Assembly: GCA_002633005.1 (NCBI GenBank)
Contig: NMRA01000727.1
Location: 36,464 to 100,463, forward strand
DNA length: 64,000 nt
Direction of reading: 5' to 3'
Origin: Phoronis australis
Taxonomy: Eukaryota > Animalia > Phoronida
The notes beneath the pieces are model-generated. The model did not search any database. It worked only from the letters and a program-made list of their open reading frames with translations, and was not told where the DNA came from. Below are positions 34,214-49,200 of the stretch, piece by piece. Made by a program: the position numbers and the translations under genes. How positions within the stretch are numbered: position 1 is the first letter of the stretch; every line of letters starts with the position of its first letter.

Positions 34214-37200
34214 GTAAACACCTTGCTTCACTACAAAATTGTGAACTCGTACGTACTCTACTCATTTGTCTTGCTCTATTCCTATCGATTTTCATATTTA
34301 GATTAAAAACAGAAACTGTTTCAAGACCATTTCCTAGCCGTCTGCTTGCCAGTGTTTCCCGTGCGTGTAAACATATGAGTGGCTCGTCACGCTCCTTTTT
34401 GGTCCCGCCTCTCATAATCTTGCCCAAGTTGGCCCTACATCTAATCGTGACGGGATAACTTTACGTCACCGCAAATAGTCATTCGCTCTCTGCAGAAGAG
34501 TTATATCCCTTTTCGCTAGTACTGAACATCATTGGGGTATACATGTTTTCAGTAGCTCAATGGAGTCTGGTTGGGTAATCATTGAATGATGGCTTAAGAA
34601 TGGTCTATATCTGCAAAAATAATAATGATTAGTAAACTGATGTGTGTGTATCGGACCGGGAAAAAATAATTCAATGTCGAACTTTCTCATTGTATCCATT
34701 TCCCTTCCTTCCTCCTGTTGGCTTAGTGACCTAACCGATATTCGGTACTGTCTGGTTATCCCACAATGCACTGCAATTGAATATAGTCGGGGACCAGGCA
34801 ACGACATCGACATTAGCACTCTAAAATGGCAATGCGCAAGTGAACACTGATGAAATGGTGGATAAACAGTAAATTTTGTGCATTTTATTGTGCTCACATT
34901 TACAAATGAGGTTGTACAACAATGTAAATTATATTGCATGAAATAGTCAAAAGTTAAAAGGAATAAACTGCCTGCTTTGCCGGCTAACGTAGGTCCAACT
35001 GATTGACGTTGAGCAAGAGTATAATAAAGGATATTAAGGTAAGCTTCGTTAAACAAGTTAGTTCATCAGGTCTATTTTTTCATTCTATGCACGAGGCTAG
35101 AACCGGAGAATTCAGTTTCAAAGAGTAGTCATGAGTCTGGTGCCTTGTCCTGGCGTATTCACTTCCTAACGCAATGGTGACTGAAATACGTTAAAATGAT
35201 ATAAAACTGAGATCACACAATGACACCTCACTGCATTTGTGAGCTCCGCATCTGCTGTGACCATTTACCATGATGATCTTTTCGAAGCCTAGGCAATAAG
35301 GGGATCTCACTTCTATTACTCGCTTGCGGCAATGTGCTTTGCATCCCACCGGGACTATTCACCTCCAAGGTCTCTTTGAAAACCAGGGGAAATACTGCCT
35401 GGTTCAAGGTTGTTTGAACGAAATTTTATGGTGTTCTTGAAAAGTATTTTCCTGAAATGGGCTTAAAGAAATATCTGCAATTAATGTATAGCCATTTCCC
35501 TATCATAAAACATTTTCATTGTTACAGTCAGTTGATAATTTTGGAAAACAATAGATGACTTCATGGTGAAATCAAGTGTCGTTTAACTTGACTCAGTTCC
35601 TCTCCGTGATTTTCTGTTGCAGAATTCATCCAATTCGTGCAAAACCAGGAAGAATGTCGCCAGAAGTGGTTGGCTGCCGAGTCTTTCATCGGCGACCTCC
35701 AACGCAAGATGAAGGATATAGAGGCTCAGAACAGTGCCCTGGAGACCAAGCTGAAGCATGCCCGCAGCCAGTTGAACATTGAGATGGACCGAAGGACAAA
35801 GGCAGAGCAGCAGAAGGAAGTATTGGTAAGTCATAGTTGTCAAGCCTCCCGATTGGATAGTTCTGACTCTGATTAATTGACAAAGCCTCCTGATTGGATA
35901 GTTCTGACTCTTATTAGCTGACAAAGCCTTCTGATTGGATAGTTGTGGCTCTGGTTAGTTGCCAGGTCATTTTAGTGTTCTCATTCTTGTGATGGAGATC
36001 TGATTCTCTTTTTTCTAAAAAGAATTGACTGTACACGCCTTGTTCCTGCCAGCACTGGTAGTTCGTCGGTACCCAAGTCGTGACTGATGGCTCATATTGG
36101 GGGGGTGGGAGGGGGGCAAGTTGACGGAGAATTTATGCTGCTGTCATTTTGGAATTTGAAAGGTTGGTGGATCGTCTAAACTCGTCATTTGATTGACTAA
36201 GCAGGCTCAACCGGCTACAACATCTAATTCATCTTTGAGCCAGAAGTAGTCATTTAGAACCAATCATATGTTTTACCAGCTGACCCGACAGAAACCGTGA
36301 CATCGATGAAGTGCAGCTAGTGCCCAGGATCATTGTACTCACTACACCTTTGCGGCTTGTGACAATTTCCTCAGGTCTATATCTGTAGTGCTATGCCAAT
36401 TATTGAACATTTAAACATCTCGCCTTTCAGGAACGACAGATAGACATTATTAAAGAGCTGCTGAATGATAAACACAAGAACAACAAGTCTGTGCTAAATG
36501 ACGAGGACCGTGAGAAGCTGGCCTTCTTGAGCATGTCTCACCATTCAGCTCATGGTGAAACACCTAAAAGGGGGTAAGTAGGTTCAGGGCTCGATGCTTA
36601 GCACAGTGACCATTCGCCAAATGTGAGCTGACAAAATTGCCGCATTACGGACTCCTGTCAAGTACCGCTCTTCTCGGCCATGAGTTAAAATTATAGCGAT
36701 TGTACAACAGTGGTGCTGTGCGCACGAGGAGTACGTTTCCACAACCACCACACACGAACACTCAAACAGTGACTGACCGTTGGGATTGACAAGAAACCAA
36801 TCGTTGTTCCTTGTATGGACAGAATTGTTGAATGGAGCACAGACATTAAGTTATTGCAATCCATAGACATCGAGGACATTTTTGATATAAAACATGCTAT
36901 TCAGATAACAGATGCTGACATGTGAATCTCTAGAGGAGGGAAAGCGAGGCTCCTGACCTGCCTGTGGTACCTGGAGGTGTATTGCTATTTCGTACCTCAT
37001 GGCATACAGTGTAGGAGAGCCATAATTGTGGACTTTATGACTTTGGTAGCATTGCAAAATAGCTACAATAGTTTTCAAAATCAATTAAACAGACTCTGAC
37101 AGAACTCTACTAATCTCAGTATTATTTGACATTTCAGTCCAACTTTTGTCTGACAAATAGCATTTTTGTCGAAGTACAGCATGAGGCTATTGCGCCTAGC

Positions 37201-40200
37201 TGCTAATTGTTTATGAATTGACTTGCTCATTAAGTTGTTGGTGTTTGACAAAGTGTGTGGAGCAATGCTTGTTGAAATGTCGAGATTTAGGCCGATTTGA
37301 ATTAGATTCTTATTAAAAAGAAATTGATATGTAGTGTCGCTTTTGTGTGACGAAACTTCGTTGAACTCCAGCTTTGTCGATTTTATTTTGAAAACTACTA
37401 TTTGTGATTACATGTATAGATAATTCCTGCTGCTGGTTCAAAGAGTCCATGGATTACAGAACTTTAAAAATGATACTCTAATCTTAGGGATAATAATGAA
37501 TGGTTTGTTCTCAACAGTGAAATCCTCCTTACGTAGAGTGATCAGTGTTGCTCTTTCAAATGCATTTATCAAATGTGTTTTTGCATCCTCATGTTTTAGT
37601 TTTTAATTCATAAATTTACAATTTCCAATTATACATTGTACATACTAGTAAAAGATTGGACCGAATGGAGTTCATTGGTCTTTTCAACAGGAAGATTCGG
37701 TGGTGCTTGCTCAATTTATTCCAGTACGAACTTAGTGAATCAGCTTTTCGAGGGACTTTGACAATTTTGAATAACTACTTCTCACACATAAGTATGTAAT
37801 GTTCTGTGACAGAGCTAGTCGCTTCCTTTTTGTTTACTAATGCCCTCGCCATTAATTTGTTTTTATCATTTTCAATCTCCATAGCATGGACACGATCATG
37901 GAGAGCTCTGCCTCAATTCTGTCCCCGTCTGACATCAGCTATGACAAGACAGAGGACGACCTTGAAACGTCCTACCTGCGCAATGGACGGAAGTGGAAAC
38001 GGCCCTCCGCCCCACCCATGGAACAGCTTACCCCTCCCAAAAGGACACGGAGTGGTGATCGGGTGGGTGACATTTAGAAGGACGTTTAAGCCGTTTTGAG
38101 GTTGAGCTTGCAACAAGACGTTATGCTCTCAAATTGCTTCACTCTTCATGACCATCATATACAGGGCTTGGAATTTTCCGCGGAAATGCGGATTTCCGCT
38201 TTTTTCAAATGTTCTGTCCGCGCATTTTATTATATTTCCGCTTAAAAAAAATCGGATTTGATGTCAAATTTCCGCAGCAAAGTCCTTTCTTACCGCGGCG
38301 TTGCAGGCGACGTTCACCTCGAAAAGCGGAAGTTGCTCTGTATGTTTCGGAGGAACGTAAATTGTCAACATTGCCGGGGAGCTGGGATACCATGGTGGGA
38401 TTTTCAATGGCGTCTCGTGTGATTGTAAACCACGGTGACAAATACTACGGCTCTGCAGCCAAAAATGTGTGGGGGTGGGAGTGGAGGATGGATGAGATAA
38501 AAAAAACGCAGACGCATGCTACTGATGGTAGTAACGTTTTTTTTTTTTAGTCCTACCGATTTTTGTCGACGAAAGGTTCACATCGACTATTTCAAGGCTG
38601 GGAAGCGCGCATGTTTTGGGCCGTAAAAGTTTCCGCGTTTTTTGTCATTGGTCATTCCAAGCCCTGCATATAGTTGCCATCTCCACTGATCTTAGTGACC
38701 AATCAACCGTTTAGCCTTTACCATATGTGTAAGCTCTTGTGTACTTGCAGTGCAAGACAAAGGTGACCTGACAAAATACCGTTTAAATGTCATGACGACT
38801 AATTCTGTTAAGAGCAAAATGACTTGTATTAACCATTCAGCAAAATTTTACTAACAGAATGACTGTGCCACCTCACTAACCTACCTGTTACCTCCCCTTC
38901 ATTTCTGGTCATGGGGGAAAACTACTGTCATGGTGAATTTGGCTTCCACCGAGCCATCATAACAGGGAATTCTGGGTCAATTTGTCTGAATACTTTTGGC
39001 TTGTATTTTACCTCATCCCGTAGGGCGAATCTAAACACAGAAGCATTCATCGCACGGCTCTCAAGTTTCCAAGATGTCCTTTGAACTTTGTAGGTTTCAG
39101 TCTTTATTGAAGTTTTGTAGCCATTACATAAACTTTATGCTTGTACTAGGAATTTTAAAATGGCACCCATTCAGTACCCCTTTCAAAGTGTACTCCTTCT
39201 AAACATGAGCAGGATACATGTGATATTTCCCAAAGTCCTTGGTAAGCACAAGTCATAGTGAAGTATCACAGGCTCAGGTCGATTTTGGATGAACATATTT
39301 TGGCACTCCAATAATGTGAGCTTCATGACCCGCATAGTCAAAATCATACCCTATACCTGTAGCTCCCAGTCCTAAGAAGTAACCCTTGGATCATTCTTAG
39401 CCAAGTTTCTGTTACCTGCCATGATTGGTCAGTTTATGTGCTGAGCGTGGCTTAGGATGAATTCACTTCCCATGACCTTGAATCCTCTCAAATTTTAGTA
39501 CTAGTAAGGATTAGGTTGAGTCCAGATTTATAGTGATAAGTGTTTTTAATAGTCATTAACTTTGTTTCTTGTACAGAGTGCAGGGTTTCACGCCCAGATA
39601 TAATGCTTTCTAAGCCTGTCTTTTTCTTGGCTTGACTCTTCTTGCCATCTATTTTGATTTTCGTAATAAACATTAAAAATAGGTGTTTTATGTCTAATAT
39701 TTGAAATTTGATATTGTTTTAGATTTTTTTGTGTCGTTGTTACTTCAGTTGGACACAAGCAGTCGAAAGAAACGCAGATCCCTCAATGTTCCTAAAGACG
39801 GACCTATTGAAGGCAGCTCTGAGGTAGCATCTCACGGATCAAAGAAGGAGCAGCGAAGGCGCTCGTCGCGACGGCCGCGTCGCAGTGGCCATGGTTAGTG
39901 TTTTCGCAGGAGTCTACTGCATAGTACTGTGGATTCTCTTGTAGATTGGTCTCAATAGATATTTCCATCTGACAGGGTGTTCTTTCCCCACTCAATCTCT
40001 TTCGGTTTGTAATTGCTTTTGTGAAATGCAACTTCATTTTTCACAAAAACCAATTGGTCCAGTATAATCCTTGTGTCTTCCACCACTGCCAAGACTCCAG
40101 CAAATAATCCTTTAGAAAGTTTCTTATGACTTGTTATCTTAAACTTGCAAAGGTATACTTCAAACCACAGACATGTGGAGGAAATGCACATTTCAGTGGA

Positions 40201-43200
40201 CACGCTCGCATAATAAATAAACATGCGATTACTTATTATTCAGTGAATAGAAATTGCCTTGGTCTTGTGGTGAGTACACTCATCAATAGCAGACAAGTAA
40301 TTAATTGGTCTGCTGGGTATATTTGCTTAGGGCTGTTCCAGCAAAATCTGTATGGGAGGGGGGAAGGCACTTTTATTTCGTACCCACCGCCCATATTTTT
40401 CATTTATTTCTCCAACCCATGACCCATAATTTTTTAATTATTTTTAATAGGTTAAAATATAAAATCCAACACTTGCAAACAAATTGCCTCCAGGAGGACC
40501 TGTTAAGAACTTAGATGATTGACAGACAAGAACTAGTTGTCTTGTCCAATGTTGTCAAAAATTAAAGTACCCTGTGAACAATACTTTTGGCAGCCACCAG
40601 GTGTCTCTGTTCACCATGTGTCTATAATTTCAATGAACATTTTTTCAATTATAAGGATCTATGAATCTCAAACTGTTTCCACAAACTCTTTTATACTTCT
40701 ATGTCAAGTGAATATTGGAACTTGTTTATCTTACTCCTCATACTTTTTATTTAAAAATCATCAATTTTCTTATATGTGTTAACACCAGTTTAGTGTTGCA
40801 TAACTTTTCAATTCAATAGGACTGCAGACAAGCACTTGGCTCAAATCAAGTTGCCCATGACTTGATTAATGGCTTAGTGAACATATTGCACTCTGTTCAC
40901 TGGCAATATGGGCTTTTTGTATTGGGATAAGTTGGGATATATGCCAATCGCATTTTTGAGTTTTGATTTCTTTGGAGATGTGTTGGCTGAATTAACCAAC
41001 ATGTCAACGTTAACAGATCAAAAAATACCGCCCATTTTTAATGCATCACTTCTTACAGGAACGACCATCCATAATTTGAGTTATTTTCTGAAGACCACCA
41101 CCCATGAATTTTTATTTCTACTGCCGTCCCCCCCTCCCACACGGATTTTACTGGAACAGCCCTTACAGCAGGTTACATAAATTAATAGTTGTGCGAGTAT
41201 ACTCACCCACTGCAGGATAAGGGTTAACATCCTGCATCCATGAGTATTTGTCAAGTTTGATCCAACTTTCTTCCATCGTAGTTGCAGCCCACACCACAGC
41301 AGTTATACTTTGTCGGCATTGGAAGGGTGAATAGACTAATACAGCCAGGATAAACTTGTAAAGAATACGACGACAACAAAGAACATTTGGAGCTCTAGTG
41401 TTGCGAAAAATGTGAGGCTATAAAAGTGCAGTGCTGTGGGTAAATGCTCCGAGACTCAAGTGTCACTGTGTAATCTGATACGACCCTAATGGGGGTATTG
41501 TTGTTTATATGTGGCATTAGTTACTTCTAGAATTTCCATTCATATATCTCTGCAGCCACAATTCAACACAGTGGTGACTCTGATGACAGTTTCTGGGGAG
41601 TGGGCAGCTTTGCCAGCCGAAACAACAATGCTGCCACAGCAGCTCCCCCTAAAGGCATCCTGAAGGAGATCCAACAGATGGAGACACCAACCAACACTAA
41701 TAACAATGCCGAGTGAGTCTTTAATTACCCCTTGTCCATCTTAAATGTTTACAGTCCCCTTGGATGTCTTATTTGTTTGATCGGCATTACCTAATGCAGT
41801 GTTGAACTGGCCGTTAGTGTAAACGCCCACCCACTGACTCCTGAAAAGGTCTTTAAATGCCCATACTATGGTCAACGTTCCCTCCGTGATATTCAAGTTC
41901 CTAATTTGAGCTGCCTGAACACTGATACGCACGAGTACAACATCTGCTGCTTTCTTAACTTGCTGTGCTTACATGCATGCATCAACTTCAAACTTTTCAG
42001 TTAACTCTGTGTAAAGCATAGACAGGTGCATCTGTCATTTTAATGTTGCAGAGATTCGATGATTTTTGCTGACCTTGTCACCGACATCGACGTTAAAGAA
42101 AAACATCTTAAAATCAGTTCTCTGATGTCACAAAAAATGAAGGGAACTCTCCTTGGCCGAAGTATGTCTGTGAAGTCTTATGGCCACACGCAAGTCTTAA
42201 TTGGTTCAAGCTAAACAAACAGAGCCTCCGTGTTTTAATCCAGATTCCTTGCCTGTCATAGCGTACTACCTTGCCAGTACTCTTTGACAGTGACCCTCAA
42301 TACTAGTTCCAAATTGAGTTTTGAATCAAACAGGTCTCTGAGTAATCCATTCTGAAAAGAAATTCCTTAAACGCCTCTCCTCTATTCCTTGCTAATGTTT
42401 GCAGAAGCAGAGAAGATTGCGTTTTACGTGGAAATGGCATAGCAATTGAAATGATAGGAAAACATCATGAAATCCTGACTTTGATGATGTTGTAATCAAG
42501 GGTGAACATGCATTAGAATAGTATGTAAACTGAAGTAGAACATTATCAAGGAGATTAGAGCCCAAACTCATGTGTACACAAATAACATCGTACTCTCATC
42601 TGTTTACTATGCCAATCACTAACAGTGGTGAGCATCGATTTTGCCCTTAAGATGAAGATCTCCTTTTGTTTAGCTTTAGTTTCCCTTCGGATGACCTAAA
42701 AACAAATGAACCCTGTTTTGCACGATTCTAATTTCCTTGCTCTTGATTCAGTAACTGCATGACAAATCTTGAGAAGTGACACCTTAATCTCTATTCTCCA
42801 CCTGCGTGTTATTATGTAATAACCTGCTCTTCGGTCATTTTGCAGTGTTTGCCCAAAGTTGTCTTTTTTGCATCATTTCATGCATCCAAGCTAAAAAGAC
42901 ACGTTGACTTGAGTTGATGGGTACGTCACCGTGGATGCAGTTTTTGATGAGTTGTAAGACATAAACGTGAAGAGATGAGATTCACCCGCTATTTTCTTTG
43001 TTATCGGTGTAAAAATTCTCCCAGATTCACGTGATTTTTTCCAGTCTACATTGTCTATCATCCTGTATAGTATTATAATTGCTGGACCGTTTCCTTGGAT
43101 CCTGAGTAACTGAAATGGACCCAGAATCCTGTGTAAGGTTTTCAGAACTGCAGGGCGAACACAGTTTTATGACAACTGCCAGCTATAAGACGGGATTAAC

Positions 43201-46200
43201 AGTTTCTGCGATCCGAAGGCGACTGCTCACATACGACTGTCACTAAAGGTTGTTACGGCAACACCCACTGCGCTGTAGAAGTTACAATGACCATGCGTCA
43301 ACACCATGGTTACCGTTCTAGTACGTGGATGGGGGTCACTACCTCATTTGACATCGTGCTGTACTATTTTGTTTGACACTTTGATCAGTATTTGGATTTG
43401 AAGATTCGTAGTATTATTCCATGTTTGTTTAATTGATTTGGATATTTACAGCAGCTTTTGAAAAATCTACCTCTTGGCATAAATTCAGTGGCCAATGCTA
43501 GCACACTTTTTAGTGTCAGACATTTCAGATTAAAAAATTTCTGTTACACTCAACCATCTGTAAACGCCAGGGCAATGGCATGGTCATGTATGGGCAGTCG
43601 CTATGATCCCTTTGTTACATTGCTCACGCAGCAAGAGGGCGCCGCATGTTACCCAACTATTCATGCATGCATCAACTAACTAACATGTCAGTGACGTGTG
43701 TCTCAGGGCACGCTATCTTTGCAGGACGCCAAGTCTTAACCGGGCTGGCTCAGCAAGTCGGCTTAACAGAGCGCACATCTTTGTCTCCAAGACGGTGATG
43801 AAGCCAGAAACATGTATACCGGTAAGGCAAGCTATTTCATTATTTATTGAATGAAGTTATATATGAAACAAACGAAAAAGGAACGTCATTCATACCCACA
43901 CCCATGCAAACGCAAACAGTTAATCAGTCAGTGTTATTTCCCGGGAAAGTTTTGAGAGCTTTTTCAATTGTATTCCTCCACATTACAATATTTCGAAAGT
44001 GAAAAATTATTAGGTATTGCTTTGTACTACTACTACTGGTAAGCTGAGACGCAATACTGTCTTTAGGTCAGAAGGCCAGATAGGTTAGTATTTATACTGT
44101 GAGTGGCATACTTGTCACCGAGATTTGTCTTCAAAATCACACATATGTTGTATATAGATAGAAGTTTTGAAAGATTACTCAGTTCTGTCTTCCTAGAGTA
44201 TATAGTGTAAACAGTCTGAAAGTAATTGTTGTGCCCACTGTTTGGTGGACGTTAACAATTTTTGAAGCATTCCTCCAATGTAGTGCATTGAGGACCCATT
44301 TCTTTGTTATTGCTGTTGGAAATGTTATCTGTTGGCCAAAGCATTGATGTACAGGAACAGATGTTAGTAGTGGTAATGGCTGGTTCTAAGCAACTGGCAT
44401 CATCTACTGGGCTGTACACATTTGTGGAAATCGCTTAGGATTTCTGTTGAACGGTCCTTGTGGGATTTGTTTGGATTTCATGTCTGAATTATTTCAAAAT
44501 GTTGACTTATCAAATGTCTCTTGATTACCTCTGCTTATCTTTAATTTTTATGCGCCCACATATTTATATGTGGACGCATTATGCCGTCATCTCTGTCCGT
44601 CCGTCCGTCCGGGTGGCGTCCGGCGTCCGCTGCTCTATCTCCAAAACCCTTTGACATACGTTCATGAAACTTGGCACATATGTTCCATTCATGAATGGGT
44701 TGGCATGTGCGAACTTTTGGACGGATCGGACTACCGTTGTGCCCCCTAGTGGCAATTTTAATTTTTTTACGCTTACCTTTGTATCTTCACAAGTCCTTAA
44801 CGGATTTTCATGAAATTTGGTATGTAGGCACCTATTAGTGAGATGATGCTATCCTCCCGTTTTCAGATGGATTCAACATAGTTTGCGCCACCTAGTGGCC
44901 AGTTTTAGTGTTTTTGAGTCTGTTTTTGTGCGTCCACCCCTCTATCAACCAAACCGCTCAAGGGATGATTGTGAAAATTGGCATGTATATGCTTACTATG
45001 TAGAGGACGGTTGTCGATGATTTTCCGACGATTTCGACTACTGTGGCGCCTCCTAGTGGCAGTTTTTTTTTTTTTGCGCCTATGGCTGTATCTCCTAAAC
45101 CGTTCGCAGGATCTTTACGAAATTTAATAAGTGTATTTATATGATGTTAACAACAGACGATGACGACTTTTGGACGGATCCGCCTACCAGTGTGCCCCCT
45201 AGTGGCAATTTTATTTTTTTACGTTTACCTCTGTATCTTCACAAGTCCTTAACGGATTTTCATGAAATTTGGTATGTAGGCACCTATTAGTGCGATGACG
45301 CTATCCTCCCGTTTTCGGATGGATTCGACCTAGTTTGCGACACCCAGTGGCCATTTTTACTGTTTTTGAGTCTGTTTTTTGGCGTCCACCCCTCTATCAA
45401 CCAAACCCCTCTAAGTATGATTGTGAAAATTGGCATGTATGTTCTTACTATGAAGAGGACGGTTGACGCTGAATTTCCCATGACTTTGATTACTGTGGCG
45501 CCTCCTAGTGGCAGTTTTTTTTTTTGCGCTCATGGCTGTATCTCCCAAACCGTTTGCAGGATCTTTACTAAATTTAGCAAGTGTATTTATGTGATGTTGA
45601 CAACGGACGATGACGACTTTAGGATGATTCTGACTACCGGTATGCCTCTAGTGGCAATTTTAGTATTTTACATTGACCTCTGTATTTTCATAGGTCTTCA
45701 GGTGTATACTTTGTGTTACTTCGTGACTATGAAGGAAAAGTTCCAAGTAGAAATTTGTTTCTGGCATTCTAATGCTGTGCTAATGTCGTATGTTGGTAAA
45801 TTTGTTTTTAATTCTATGTTTCTGTGTTGCTTTAAGAAACTGGTGTATAGGATGTGCTTGTATTATGAAGATTACTCACATTTTGCCCCTAGCCTATTGA
45901 GGAGACAATGTTCACGCCTTTCCATTTTGCTAAGTACAACATACATATATATGCCCTCTACTGGCCACTTTATGGTACCAATAAACAACCCTAGAAGGAT
46001 ACCGTTTGCGGTGCAGTTGTGGGCGCATTTCAACGCTCTGCGTTGCTCTTGTTTAATTAGTTTTTCTTTTTCTGTTGATAAAGTTGGTGTTACCTGTCCA
46101 TGAAACCTTTTTTCGTTTAAAGTGCCTACGTTTATGTACATGTCGGGTAGCATCTACCATATCCAAAATCAGTCCCGAACCAACGTGTCCTGCATTTCAC

Positions 46201-49200
46201 AATGCTCTTGCTCACCTGAGAATTTTTGCAGTTGCAGACACTAAGCAGGGAAAATTTTAGGAGTGCGCCCTGCATCTTTGGAGCAAAAACAATTTTAATG
46301 ACGCACTTTTGATTTATACTTAGCTCGGGCCAACGGGCACACTATTATTGGAATCGAAAAAGAACAAGAGACTTGCGATCCACAAGTCCTCCAAAGTGGC
46401 CCATAGACTTGTGGCTGTGTGGATCAATTCACCCATACCCACGTTTTTTCTAAAATGATCCCTAACAAAGGGCAGAGGAGAAGATTCTGTTCATTCTTTC
46501 ATCACTTCCAGTGTGGCAAGCGCATCAAGTTTGGTAAACCTGCGATGAAATGCAAAGACTGCCGGGCCACATGTCATCCCGATTGTAAGGACAGGGTACC
46601 TCTGCCGTGTGTGCCTAATGCTGCCGGAACACCCAACGCTAAGGTCCAGGTGAGATGCAAATATATTGCACTCTTTTGATCGGTGCTCTGAATGTTGAAT
46701 GGCTTGCAATGTCAACGAATTGCTCACATAAAGTCAATGTCTCTGTGATTTCCAGCTGTAGGAAACAATATAAACTTAAACCGTCTTGAGAAATCAAGTT
46801 GGCAATGCTCTTATATCTCTAGACCCCAAAAAATATGCATCCGCATGTTCGCAACATCTGGTGTAAATGTTAAATGCTGCTCTGTTGAACGGGATAAAAA
46901 TATAGTGATTCTCTCTTGTTGTTAAACACTTTCTCCTATTTTTGCATGTTCCTTGGATATCTTGGGCCTTTTTTCTAAGATTCTGTAGCCGAAAGTCAGG
47001 GCTTGAAATTTTTCACTTTTAAGAGAATTTCCTCTTTTTGTTTCTATTTAATCTTATTTGATTCACTGTTTCCTCTTTTTTCATATCTTTTTATCATTAT
47101 TTCAACATTTTTCTTGCAAGAACGTTTAATTAAGTTAATGAATTTTATATCACACAAAAATATCTCTTTCAAACAAGCCTGTTTATTTGTGGAAGGATAC
47201 ATCACTTGGAAAATTTTCCTCTTTTTTGTCATTGGTGATTTCAAGCCCTGAAAAGTGGATTTTTTGTCTTTGGTTCTTAGTCTGCTCTTGATCAGGCTAC
47301 GGATTTCTGTTTTGCTATGAGATGTAAAGAGTTTTTTACTTTTAACGCTATCCTGATTTCGTGATGGGGGCTAAGCCATCCATAGATTAATTTTTAGCTA
47401 AAAGACAATAAATTTACTGTCGAGAAACTGCCCCCACATGTTGATCAAGCTTCTTCTCTGTAGTGAATTTATTTTATATAATTACCAATAATTGTAGTCT
47501 AGGGGATATCCTCTTTGTCAGGATTTCCTGGGAGGCCAATCCTTTATGCCAGTTGCCAACAAATGATTGATATTCACTTTAAGTTGCACACTGAGTGACT
47601 CATCAATTCTTAAACCAGTGTATTATGTAAAGTTGGAGAGCAATTTTGTCAGTTTTGCCTTTTGGATGCCAAAACAGCTTTTGTGTTTAACGCAAAAACT
47701 TTTTTAAAATACTATAAACATTGAGCAAAAAGACTTAAATTCACTGTAAAAACAGCAATCATTTAAATTTTAGAACAGCATAGTCTGTGATTAACTGTGA
47801 ATTATGGTGCGTGGGCTGATAATTGGACTTGTCCTTATTGTACTACTATTTGAAAGTGCGTTCTCCTGTTTCTTAATACAAAACATAAATTTAAAATCAT
47901 ATGATGTCGCTGATCGCTGTAATGTTGTCTGCAGGCCGTCATCCAGGATCACGTGCCTAGCAACCCTCCGTACATCCCCGGCATTTTGATTCACTGCGTC
48001 AACGAGGTGGAGTCTCGTGGCCTGACTGAGGTTGGCATCTACCGCCTGTCCGGCTCTGACAAAGACGTCAAAGATCTGCGTGATAAGTTCCTACGCAACA
48101 AAGGCTCGCCGAACCTCGTGAGTTTAGTTTTACATTTTTAGTAGTAAAACCACAAACGTGTTTCTGAAAACAGACGCGTAACCAGGGCTCGACGCTATTA
48201 AAATCGCCAGGTCGCATTTTGCGACCTAGCCAAAATCCCAGGTCGCATTTTCAAAATCCAGCTCGCATTCGTAAATGCCAGGTCGCAAAATTTTCCCGCC
48301 ATTTTAACGCGCCAAAATAGATTTTTTAGATCATCGAGAAAATGTTTAGATTATGCTCTTACCTGCAGCGTTAAATGCTCACAAATTTCGGATCTCAAAA
48401 TTGACTTCATTCATGCAGGTACGGCCTTACTGTTCTTCACGACCGCCATTGAAAGTCTCTAGAGCGCAAGCCTAGTTGCCGGCGTGAAAGTTGAATCAGT
48501 GCTCTCTAACTGACTTGTGCATTCGAGTAGCTAAATTTGCGAAGTGAAAAGGGAGAAAATGCCCGTTGAAAAAAGTATCTGGGATTTTGTTAGATCTGGT
48601 CTGCTACTGGCCGTCATCAAAGTCGTTAACGATTCAAACTAACTCGGGTAATCGCGAGTTTGCTCTTCAATACCTTCCAAGTACGGGAAAAAATAGGTCA
48701 GTCGCAAAACGACACGCACGTCACTAGTGTTAACTTTCTTTCCGAGGTATAAAACAAAGCCGAGATTTGGTTTTTACATATTGTGAAAAGACGTTTTTGA
48801 AAACTGAAGTTGTGTAAAATGAAACTGACACACACCATATAAGCTGCGTGTCAATTTTAAACCACACGCGGTCGTTTGTAGTGCGCAATGATGGGCGCTA
48901 GCTTGAACTGTGGGCGCTTAATTAGAAATTCTCAAAATTTCAGGGGGGACTTTTAATAGATCAGTGAGCGCTTATTATGAAACACTTTAAAGGTAGGGAG
49001 TAGGCTTGTGCGTGAGCATAGTCGTTAACCTCAGTGTTTGCGGTAATAAGATATTAAAACGCTGCAATGGTAAAAACGTTATAATAATACGATTTTGCGA
49101 GGCAAACTCCATCTGGTAGGGATGACTTTCTGGATATCGTTACCAACTACATTGTACCCTTTTTAGCCACCCGGAATGATTTTTTTAACTGCCCGCTTCA

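Noticed and set aside
34529-35056. 175-aa minus-strand ORF
   Set aside because: Non-ATG start, no recognisable motifs, antisense within a RACGAP1 intron.
45366-46103. 245-aa hydrophobic ORF
   Set aside because: It runs through the HINE satellite, has no domain signature and reflects T-rich composition.
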